Assembly (NCBI GenBank): GCA_042571725.1
Contig: JBHPFN010000001.1
Span: 5,048-69,047, forward strand
DNA: 64,000 bases
Reading direction: 5' to 3'
DNA from: Candidatus Omnitrophota bacterium
Lineage (GTDB): Bacteria; Omnitrophota; Gorgyraeia; VGKH01; JBHPFN01
Shown here: piece by piece, positions 43,396-50,195 of the stretch
How the letters are laid out: each line of letters starts with the position of its first letter
How positions within the stretch are numbered: position 1 is the first letter of the stretch
The notes under the pieces: model-generated
The model's database searches: none
The model's input: the letters and a program-made list of their open reading frames with translations, nothing else
Told to the model about the DNA's origin: nothing
Position numbers and translations under genes: made by a program

Positions 43396-43737
43396 TTACC
43401 CTATAGCCTCTGAGCCACGCTCACCGGTTCTAATACGTATACACTCAGGTAAATCGAGCACAAAGATCTTGCCGTCTCCGATCTTGCCCGTACGCGCACC
43501 CTCGGTGATCGCTTCAATAGTAGGCTCGACAAAATCCTCATTTACCGCAATCTCAAGACGAACCTTCTTCAATAGATTCACCTGATGGATAATACCGCGA
43601 TAGGTCTCGGTATACCCTTTCTGCTGACCGCAGCCTACCGCATTGGTCACCGTCATCTTATATACCTTCCTTAAATATAAGGCTTTCTTTACATCAGGTA
43701 GTTTATGAGGTTGAATCATCGCAATTATTAGTTTCAT
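43396..43737 (-). CDS. glnK: Nitrogen regulatory protein P-II
   Basis: 113-aa ORF. T-loop [12 protein letters not shown] and C-terminal IRIRTGERG. Immediately downstream of amtB. Confidence 0.88.
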   Translation of the reverse strand: MKLIIAMIQPHKLPDVKKALYLRKVYKMTVTNAVGCGQQKGYTETYRGIIHQVNLLKKVRLEIAVNEDFVEPTIEAITEGARTGKIGDGKIFVLDLPECIRIRTGERGSEAIG

Positions 43738-43751
43738 GATATACCTCCTTT

Positions 43752-45008
43752 TTATTCTGTGGTAAATATCTGGAATCCCGAATACGATTCCATTCCATGT
43801 TCACCAATATCAAGACCTCTCAACTCTTCTTCGCGAGATACTCGTAAACCAACGGTCGATTTAATCAGCTTAAATACAATGCCCATTGCAATCAAGATAA
43901 ACACTATTGTGGCAGATACCCCTAATAGCTGAATACCCAGCTGCGTGAATCCACCGCCGTAAAACAAACCGTTATTGGCAAGACCCAGTGCTTCTTTGCC
44001 AAATAATCCGACAGCAAGTGTGCCCCAAATGCCATTCAATCCGTGAACCGGAACCGCACCCACAGGATCATCAATATGTAGCTTATCGAGTACGATAACG
44101 CCAAGCACTACGATCACACCGCCTACTGCACCGATTACGATTGCTGCCCAAGGAGCTACAAACGCACATGGTGCGGTAATCGCAACAAGGCCTGCCAGTG
44201 CGCCGTTCATGGCCATGGAAAGGTCCGGCTTTCCAAACATCTTCCAAACAGTCAACATAGCAAAAATCCCACCGGTTGCTGCTGCCAGATTCGTATTGAT
44301 TGCTACTCGAGCAATTAGATCTCCGTTTCCTACCCCAAGGGTTGAGCCCGGATTAAAACCAAACCAGCCAAACCATAGAATAAATACCCCGAGCGATGCC
44401 AAAGGAATAGAATGTCCTGCAATTACATTGGAGGTTCTATCCGGATTGTATTTTCCAATCCGTGGACCCAACATTATAGTACCGATTAACGCAGCAAACC
44501 CTCCTACGGCATGCACAACGGTTGAGCCGGCAAAATCAGCAAATCCTAAATTCGCAAGCCATCCTCCACCCCAGATCCAATGGCCTACAATGGGGTAGAT
44601 AAAGGCTGAAATTAGAAACGAATAAATCAGATAGGCTTGAAACTTCATCCGCTCAGCCATTCCACCTGCAACGATGGTTGCTGCTGCTCCACAAAACGCT
44701 GCCTGGAAAAGCCAGAACGCATATAGAGGAATATCCGCGCCTGACTCAGCCCCAACCAGAAACCATCCTTTCAATCCCATAAAGCCATTTCCTGCGCCAA
44801 ACATAATCGCATAGCCAAATAGGAAGAAACCTAGAGAAGCCATACAGAAATCCAGGAAATTTTTCGTAAGGATATTACAGGCGTTCTTTGCACGGATAAA
44901 CCCTGCCTCCACCATGCCAAACCCTGCCTGCATGAAAAACACCAAAAATGCTGCAATCAAAACCCACATTGTATCTAGCCCTACTACTACTGATTGTATC
45001 TCTGTCAT
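43752..45008 (-). CDS. amtB: Ammonium transporter
   Basis: 418-aa ORF with about 11 TM helices. [22 protein letters not shown] and [11 protein letters not shown] motifs. Confidence 0.9.
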   Translation of the reverse strand: MTEIQSVVVGLDTMWVLIAAFLVFFMQAGFGMVEAGFIRAKNACNILTKNFLDFCMASLGFFLFGYAIMFGAGNGFMGLKGWFLVGAESGADIPLYAFWLFQAAFCGAAATIVAGGMAERMKFQAYLIYSFLISAFIYPIVGHWIWGGGWLANLGFADFAGSTVVHAVGGFAALIGTIMLGPRIGKYNPDRTSNVIAGHSIPLASLGVFILWFGWFGFNPGSTLGVGNGDLIARVAINTNLAAATGGIFAMLTVWKMFGKPDLSMAMNGALAGLVAITAPCAFVAPWAAIVIGAVGGVIVVLGVIVLDKLHIDDPVGAVPVHGLNGIWGTLAVGLFGKEALGLANNGLFYGGGFTQLGIQLLGVSATIVFILIAMGIVFKLIKSTVGLRVSREEELRGLDIGEHGMESYSGFQIFTTE

Positions 45009-45073
45009 AACCTCCTCCTTTCAAAAGGGCCTCATTACCCATCTGTATTCCGCCTTATCGCGGGTAAATTATC

Positions 45074-45862
45074 TTAAAATACGTAACTTACTTCTACGCC
45101 ACCCCAGATTTCATCATCACCTGCATTAATTGCATCTTCATAGTTTGCGGTATAGTTAAAACTAGGGGAAATACTCATATCTCCGAACGCATATGATGTA
45201 GAAAGCACATAGTCTGTTGCATAGAGTGCTGATGATTTCAGATCAGCAACGCCATCGTTTCCCCAATTCGTAATCCCAACTGAAAGCGCCTGATCTTCCT
45301 GAAAGATTTCCCATTCAGGAAGCGGGATATCAGTTCCAAATCCCCAGGAATAGTACCAGCCTTCATTTGGTCCGTCAGGATCAACCTTAAAGTCATAACC
45401 TGCAAATACGTTCATAGAAACAGCAATAGGTAGTTTTGGAATCTCATTTAAGCTAACCGAAAGCCACGGTTCCTGCACATCTGCGGTCCTGCTCGTATTA
45501 GGAAAATGGAAAAAGGTATATCCTTCGGAAATGGTGACCGCGCCATCCAAGTAGTCTTTTGTAAATGAAAGGGTATAATCAAGCTCCTCAGTATCTACAT
45601 GGCCGCTACCGGTTGCAAATGAACCCCATATATTTAAGGAAACATCTTTGCCGAAGATAAGATCTGGGGCGGTAATATCAATGCTGGGCTGGTGCGCACC
45701 ATCGTTATCCGGAAATAGATCCTGACCGCGCCAGACATACCGTGAAACGTACGTTTCGCTCACCGTAATATTAACCTCTTGCTCGCCAACCTCAAGCGCA
45801 TGTGCCGTAACTGCACAAAACATGATTCCTAAACCTGTTAACACTACTATCAGTTTTCTCAT
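45074..45862 (-). CDS. Putative outer-membrane beta-barrel porin upstream of amtB
   Basis: Start at MRKLIVVL (45862) behind AAAGGAGG. Signal peptide ending AHA. Alternating beta-strand pattern rich in Y/W/G. C-terminal ...VEVSYVF (terminal Phe). Confidence 0.5.
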   Translation of the reverse strand: MRKLIVVLTGLGIMFCAVTAHALEVGEQEVNITVSETYVSRYVWRGQDLFPDNDGAHQPSIDITAPDLIFGKDVSLNIWGSFATGSGHVDTEELDYTLSFTKDYLDGAVTISEGYTFFHFPNTSRTADVQEPWLSVSLNEIPKLPIAVSMNVFAGYDFKVDPDGPNEGWYYSWGFGTDIPLPEWEIFQEDQALSVGITNWGNDGVADLKSSALYATDYVLSTSYAFGDMSISPSFNYTANYEDAINAGDDEIWGGVEVSYVF

Positions 45863-45881
45863 CTTTGCCTCCTTTTTAACC

Positions 45882-45936
45882 TTTATCTCAAAAATAAAAC
45901 AAGCTGTCAAGCCTTTCTCCGCTTCCTTGACAGCTT
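45882..45936 (-). promoter_or_regulatory. 11-bp inverted repeat AAGCTGTCAAG-N14-CTTGACAGCTT overlapping a candidate porin-amtB-glnK promoter
   Basis: The arms are at 45901-11 and 45926-36. On the minus strand, TTGACA (45910-05), N17, TGAGATAAA (extended -10, 45890-82). As RNA the repeat is followed by GTTTTATTTTTGAG. Confidence 0.4.
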
Positions 45937-45940
45937 TGTC

Positions 45941-45977
45941 TAAAAAATAAAAAGACGTTCAAATAATGAACGTCTTT
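45941..45977 (-). terminator. Intrinsic terminator of the sigma factor gene
   Basis: On the minus strand, AAAGACGTTC-ATTATTT-GAACGTCTTT followed by TTATTTTTTA. Confidence 0.7.
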
Positions 45978-46067
45978 GTCATCACACCTCTATGTGTTTG
46001 TCGCTTCTATGCTACAAGTAAAATTGTGCTATTCTTGGTAACCCTTCGACTCTGCCTACCGGCAGGC

Positions 46068-46637
46068 TCAGGATGGTTCGAAGGGTGGTGAGCTTGTCGA
46101 ACCACCCTTTTTTCCAAACTCATCACGCAGAGCATCGCATTTTACTCTGATTCTTTTTTCTATCTTGACAACCATGACGTGCGATGCCCCTATGCGCGCA
46201 CCTATCTCGCGGGTAGTGAGGCCTTCGAGCCTCAACAAAAATATTTCCTGTTCTCTTGCAGTCAGACGTCTTCGCACTTCATCCGCAAGCAGTGCGGTTT
46301 TATCTTCATCTGACTGAGCACTATGTTCGATGGTATCGGAAATCAAAATCTCCTCCAGAGAGCGCTTCTCATCCAAAGTACCCTCAAGGCTAATCGAACG
46401 GGCATCGATCGACTTGAAGGTCTTTCTGATATAATTTCTTAAATAGAAGTAACAATTCTGTAAGATGTAGCTTTCTGTATGGCCCTCAAGTCCTCCCTCT
46501 TCATACAACCTCCACAGATGTGTGATGGATTCCTGGTAAAGATCATCATCGCTAAACATCGTATACTTCCCATCGAGCTTGTGCGCGATCGCTTTTAACC
46601 GCGGGGTATATGTTTTAATCACTTCGTTAAAGTTCAT
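46068..46637 (-). CDS. ECF-type sigma-70 family RNA polymerase sigma factor
   Basis: Region 2 (DDDLYQESITHLWRLYE) and region 4 HTH (LTAREQEIFLLRLEGLTTREIGARIGASHVMV). ATG 46637 behind GGAG is preferred over the TTG at 46649. Confidence 0.7.
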   Translation of the reverse strand: MNFNEVIKTYTPRLKAIAHKLDGKYTMFSDDDLYQESITHLWRLYEEGGLEGHTESYILQNCYFYLRNYIRKTFKSIDARSISLEGTLDEKRSLEEILISDTIEHSAQSDEDKTALLADEVRRRLTAREQEIFLLRLEGLTTREIGARIGASHVMVVKIEKRIRVKCDALRDEFGKKGGSTSSPPFEPS

Positions 46638-46644
46638 TTTCTTC

Positions 46645-46693
46645 TCCAAAAAAATAAACCCTTTTGCAAGCGTATCATCGCTTTCAAAAGGGC
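46645..46693 (-). terminator. Terminator-like hairpin (element B, paralog of element A) abutting the sigma factor RBS
   Basis: On the minus strand, CCCTTTTGAAAGCG-ATGATA-CGCTTGCAAAAGGG (13 bp plus one mismatch) followed by TTTATTTTTTTGGAGAAGAAAATG. Confidence 0.6.
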
Positions 46694-46707
46694 TACTTTG
46701 CCGTCTA

Positions 46708-46738
46708 TAACAAAAATGCCCTGCATCTCTTGCAGGGC
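46708..46738 (-). terminator. First terminator-like hairpin in the sigma factor leader
   Basis: On the minus strand, GCCCTGCA-AGAGA-TGCAGGGC followed by ATTTTTGTTAT. It lies downstream of the 46772-46799 promoter. Confidence 0.55.
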
Positions 46739-46771
46739 TACATTGCCTCTACCAACTTCATTGTCACCTTA

Positions 46772-46799
46772 AGTATACCCTGAATCCCGTTATTGTCAA
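46772..46799 (-). promoter_or_regulatory. sigma70-type promoter facing the sigma factor gene (TTGACA-N16-TATACT)
   Basis: On the minus strand, TTGACA (46799-46794) and TATACT (46777-46772). Back to back with the plus-strand promoter at 46824. Confidence 0.55.
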
Positions 46800-46823
46800 G
46801 AAAAAATTAAAAAAAGTTTCTAC

Positions 46824-46851
46824 TTGACAAATGTAAAGTTAGTGTTATACT
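46824..46851 (+). promoter_or_regulatory. sigma70-type promoter of the HTH-glutamine synthetase gene (TTGACA-N16-TATACT)
   Basis: TTGACA 46824-29 and TATACT 46846-51. AGGAGG RBS at 46865-70 and ATG at 46875. Confidence 0.6.
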
Positions 46852-46865
46852 TGTCAATTGACAAG
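46850..46865. promoter_or_regulatory. Perfect 16-bp palindrome CTTGTCAATTGACAAG over the -10/TSS region (candidate operator)
   Basis: Read directly from the sequence. It overlaps the last two bases of the -10 box and runs up to the RBS. Confidence 0.45.
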
Positions 46866-46874
46866 GAGGAAACT

Positions 46875-48401
46875 ATGGAAAAAGAGTATTTAAGCCCTAC
46901 TGAGGCAGCAAAGCTTTTAGGAATCTCCAGGCAGGCGGTAAACGATAAGATTAAACACGGCACACTCCCTGCAGAACGCGCTGGACACCAATACATCATC
47001 CCCAAGGCGGCTCTATTGCCTAAGCGCAGTTCTGCAAAGGCACGGCATACAACTTCAACGAAGCTCTCTTCTTCTAAAAAGCGAGCAGCCCGCGATATCC
47101 TTTCAAAGGTTGAGAAAAACAACATAAAGACAATTCAACTCTGGTTTGTGGATATTTTAGGCATATTAAAGTGTGTTTCGATTACCAAGGGAGAACTCAA
47201 AGAAGCGCTTGAGCACGGCAAAGGCTTTGATGGTTCGTCAGTCACCGGCTTTGCCGAGGCTGAGGAAAGTGATATTATTGCCCAGCCAGACCCGTCCACA
47301 TTCAAGATCCTTCCCTGGACAAAAAAGGACGATCCGATTGCGCGCATATTCTGCGATATCCTCAATCCTAATCGAAGCGCCTACGCCGGAGACCCACGCT
47401 ATGCATTAAAGCGTGCAATGGCACGTGCCAACAAATTAGGGCTAAACTTCTTTGTGGGTGCGGAGGTTGAGTATTTTTATTTTAAGTCTGCGCATAAGCC
47501 GGAGATCATTGACGAAGGCTCCTATTTTGAGCTTATTCCCAATGACCTGGCAAATACGCTGCGCAATAAAACCATCCGCGCTCTTGAAGAAATGGGCGTC
47601 GAAATGGAGGCAAGCCATCACGAAGTGGCCCCTAGTCAGCACGAGGTTGACCCAAAGTATTCTGATGCGCTCTCCGCAGCAGACAATGTGATCACCTGTA
47701 AATATGTAATTAAGGAAATCGCCCAACAGGCAGGTGTCTATGCTACCTTTATGCCCAAGCCGATGTTCGGTGTTAATGGCTCCGGTATGCACGTACACCA
47801 GTCTTTATTTAAGGGTAGTAAAAATGTCTTTTTTGACAAAAAAGACAAGCATCATTTATCTCCCATTGCCCACCGCTTCATTGCAGGACAGCTCAAGCAT
47901 GCGCGGGAGATCTGTTCTCTTACCGCACAGTGGGTAAACTCCTACAAGCGCCTGGTATCAGGCTATGAGGCACCGGTGTATGCCTCGTGGGCACAGAGGA
48001 ACCGCACTGCTCTGTTGCGTGTTCCGGTGTACCGACTTGGCAATGAAAAGGCTACCCGTGTCGAACTTAGATGTCCGGATCCTGCGTGCAATCCGTATCT
48101 GGCATTTGCCGTAATGTTAGCAGCCGGATTAGAAGGCATTGAGAAGAAATACAAAATCCCCCCTCCGGTAGAGCCTAATATCTATCATATGGCTATGGAG
48201 GAGCGAGAACGTAGAGGTCTTACCTCTCTTCCAGGAAATCTTTTTGAGGCGATTTTAGAAACAGAGAAAAGCAGCTTTGTGAAGGAAGCCTTGGGAGATC
48301 ATATCTTTGATAGATTCCTTTTTAACAAAAAGAAGGAATGGGAGGATTACCGCATTCAGATCACCCAGCACGAGATAAAAAAGTATCTACCACTACTCTA
48401 A
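46875..48401 (+). CDS. Glutamine synthetase (type I-alpha-like) with N-terminal excisionase/MerR-superfamily HTH domain
   Basis: 508 aa from ATG 46875. Residues 1-45, EYLSPTEAAKLLGISRQAVNDKIKHGTLPAERAGHQYIIPKAAL, read as an HTH_17-type domain. A Ser/Lys-rich linker follows. The complete GS domain retains HHEVAPSQHEVD, NGSGMHVHQSLF, SYKRLVSGYEAP and RNRTALLRVP. One continuous frame, with no internal start codon at the GS boundary. Confidence 0.85.
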   Translation: MEKEYLSPTEAAKLLGISRQAVNDKIKHGTLPAERAGHQYIIPKAALLPKRSSAKARHTTSTKLSSSKKRAARDILSKVEKNNIKTIQLWFVDILGILKCVSITKGELKEALEHGKGFDGSSVTGFAEAEESDIIAQPDPSTFKILPWTKKDDPIARIFCDILNPNRSAYAGDPRYALKRAMARANKLGLNFFVGAEVEYFYFKSAHKPEIIDEGSYFELIPNDLANTLRNKTIRALEEMGVEMEASHHEVAPSQHEVDPKYSDALSAADNVITCKYVIKEIAQQAGVYATFMPKPMFGVNGSGMHVHQSLFKGSKNVFFDKKDKHHLSPIAHRFIAGQLKHAREICSLTAQWVNSYKRLVSGYEAPVYASWAQRNRTALLRVPVYRLGNEKATRVELRCPDPACNPYLAFAVMLAAGLEGIEKKYKIPPPVEPNIYHMAMEERERRGLTSLPGNLFEAILETEKSSFVKEALGDHIFDRFLFNKKKEWEDYRIQITQHEIKKYLPLL

Positions 48402-48424
48402 AACTCTACGCCCGACTTGCAAAA

Positions 48425-48453
48425 TTGACAACGGCAGGGGCATTTGATATACT
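48425..48453 (+). promoter_or_regulatory. sigma70-type promoter (TTGACA-N17-TATACT)
   Basis: TTGACA 48425-30 and TATACT 48448-53. AGGAG RBS and ATG at 48479. Confidence 0.6.
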
Positions 48454-48478
48454 GCTGATAGTTAAAAAGGAGATTACG

Positions 48479-49120
48479 ATGATGACAAGATTAAAACATG
48501 TATTTCTCATTATGCTCGGCGTCTCTCTGCTTTTCTTCTTGGCCAACAGCTTTGCTGATACAAAAAAATCGATTACCTCTTGGAAAGACATCATGATTCA
48601 CAAAACCAAGGAAGCACACGTCATCAAGGGAAACCCCGGAGGTTCGGCTACTCTTTCCACTGAAGACCTACTCACCCTAGCAAAGGGACGAACCGTGTTG
48701 CGCACGCTTAAGTACAGCACAGAGTGCTCATTTACCGAAGAAAAAAGGCGACTGAGAAAACGCAGCGCACCAGCTCTGCTAAAAAACGGGCCGATTGACC
48801 TTGGATGGAATAAGCTTGGTTGTGCAAAATTGGAGGTTCTTTCAAACGGCATTGTCCAAGGTTGGATAATGCGCTACTGGTTTTACAACCCCAATGATTT
48901 GGAAAACAGCGTTCGGGAGAGAATGGAATCGTTTCCTGCTAAAGAAGAAATCTTAAAACTCTTTATCCCAACACTCGGTAAACCAGTCAAAATGCTACAG
49001 CCCAAGCCTAATCATGAAATATTTACATTCGCGTTGGATAAACGCACGTTCGAATTAAAATTGAGCTATTACGAAAAACCTAAAGTCTTTTACGCAGATT
49101 TCAGCGAAAACGGCCATTAG
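48479..49120 (+). CDS. Secreted hypothetical protein
   Basis: Start at MMTRLKHVFLIMLGVSLLFFLANSFA (signal peptide). 213 aa. No family recognised. Confidence 0.45.
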   Translation: MMTRLKHVFLIMLGVSLLFFLANSFADTKKSITSWKDIMIHKTKEAHVIKGNPGGSATLSTEDLLTLAKGRTVLRTLKYSTECSFTEEKRRLRKRSAPALLKNGPIDLGWNKLGCAKLEVLSNGIVQGWIMRYWFYNPNDLENSVRERMESFPAKEEILKLFIPTLGKPVKMLQPKPNHEIFTFALDKRTFELKLSYYEKPKVFYADFSENGH

Positions 49121-49215
49121 AAAATAGATAACAACAAGTACGCGGGGTATCTCAGACGTTTAATGCGGGTAATTCCGAATCTATGCTGTATTGATAGTGC
49201 GCACAACACATCAGA

Positions 49216-49854
49216 TCATCTTACCATCAGTTTCTCGGCGATTTCAATGCAATGCTCTGCGGCTTCTTTAGTAAAATCCAACATATCTAAATAGCGAACC
49301 TTTGCCCATTCATCGCAAATTCCCCGAGCAGATCGCTCAATATGATTAGCTCTATACGTATCCACTAATCTATTTATATTTGTTTTACTTTCTACAATTT
49401 GTTTAGGTAATTCTTGATTGCTCGCTTTCATCGCGTCAATGACATCAGATATAATCTGGTTCACTTTACTGTGTAAATCTTGATATTCCTGCACTGCAGC
49501 TTCGCTAAACAATAATCTTTCCACAATTTTGTATTCGATTCGCTCTGCCAAATCAACGCAACAGTCTCCTATTCTTTCAACAGAACAGATGATATCTACT
49601 AAATCTCCAACGTGCTGTTTGGCCTCGTTTGATATTTTTTGCTTGGAAACCTCTACCGCTTTGGTAGTTAAGTTATTATATATTTTAGTAACTTTCAACT
49701 CGGCAGCGGGTACTTGTTTCAAAATATCGATATCATTTTTAATAAAACCATCGAAGTCGGCTTGGAACATTTGCTGAACCTGCTCAAACATTCCAATAAT
49801 TTTTTGCTTTAACAAAGAGCTCTCTTTAAGCTCAACCTGATTTAGTTCTGGCAT
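49216..49854 (-). CDS. phoU: PhoU-domain protein
   Basis: 212-aa ORF with two PhoU-like repeats (VERIGDCCVDLAERI and LDFTKEAAEHCIEIAEKL). Confidence 0.65.
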   Translation of the reverse strand: MPELNQVELKESSLLKQKIIGMFEQVQQMFQADFDGFIKNDIDILKQVPAAELKVTKIYNNLTTKAVEVSKQKISNEAKQHVGDLVDIICSVERIGDCCVDLAERIEYKIVERLLFSEAAVQEYQDLHSKVNQIISDVIDAMKASNQELPKQIVESKTNINRLVDTYRANHIERSARGICDEWAKVRYLDMLDFTKEAAEHCIEIAEKLMVR

Positions 49855-49885
49855 TGTAGAAACCTCCTTTCAATCTTTATTTCTA

Positions 49886-49919
49886 TACAAAAAATAAGGC
49901 CACCTCTTTTGACGGCGGC
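49886..49919 (-). terminator. Terminator-like hairpin 30 nt upstream of the phoU ATG
   Basis: On the minus strand, GCCGCC-GTCAAAAGA-GGTGGC (6 bp, one G-U) followed by CTTATTTTTTGT. Confidence 0.55.
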
Positions 49920-49976
49920 TTCTTGTTATTTATTTTAGCCTGTTATTGTTTCTCATTGCCACACCTCCGTGGCAAC
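49886..49976 (-). ncRNA. Candidate ~90-nt small RNA or phoU leader (promoter, 5' hairpin, terminator)
   Basis: Bounded by the promoter at 49981-50009 and the terminator at 49886-49919. It contains the hairpin TTGCCAC-GGAGGT-GTGGCAA (49975-49956). No homology evidence. Confidence 0.25.
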
Positions 49977-49980
49977 TTTT

Positions 49981-50009
49981 ATATTACCTCTTTACATCAT
50001 CTTTGTCAA
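49981..50009 (-). promoter_or_regulatory. sigma70-type promoter (TTGACA-N17-TAATAT)
   Basis: On the minus strand, TTGACA (50009-50004) and TAATAT (49986-49981). Confidence 0.5.
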
Positions 50010-50078
50010 CCAACAAACACTTCTTCAATAATTTTTCGATTGTCTTTTCTACCAATAGTCGTCGGTTTTACTATTACG

Positions 50079-50135
50079 AGCTAAATTTTTGAATTTTACC
50101 CTAGTTTACAAATATGTAAAATTCAACACCTCCTC
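50079..50135 (-). repeat. R1: degenerate copy of the RBS/start region of gene 58894-59493
   Basis: On the minus strand, GAGGAGGTGTTGAATTTTACATATTTGTAAACTAGGGTAAAATTCAAAAATTTAGCT, against R2 GAGGGAGTGTTGAATTTTACAGATTTATGAACGAGGATAAAATTCAAAAAATTAGCT. The ATG is lost in R1. Confidence 0.6.
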
Positions 50136-50195
50136 ATTAACACTTTGGGTATCTCGTTTCTCCTCTCAGCCTTTTATGAGTGCTTACGGTTAACT

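Noticed and set aside
46042-46110. Nested inverted repeats (GGTTCGA...TCGAACC, GGGTGGT...ACCACCC, GCCTACCGGCAGGC) at the 3' end of the sigma factor gene, as a possible structured RNA.
   Set aside because: They lie inside or across the end of the coding frame, and the real terminator is further downstream at 45941-45977. There is not enough evidence for a separate function.
43243-46874. Matches of the observed palindromes to TnrA/GlnR boxes (TGTNA-N7-TNACA), NtcA sites (GTA-N8-TAC) or sigma54 promoters (TGGCAC-N5-TTGC).
   Set aside because: Neither spacing nor sequence fits any of these consensus sites on inspection by eye. A proper PWM scan could still find weak sites.
46820-47125. A 101-aa minus-strand ORF opposite the HTH-GS 5' end.
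   Set aside because: It is antisense to a well-supported CDS and overlaps that gene's promoter. It has no RBS.
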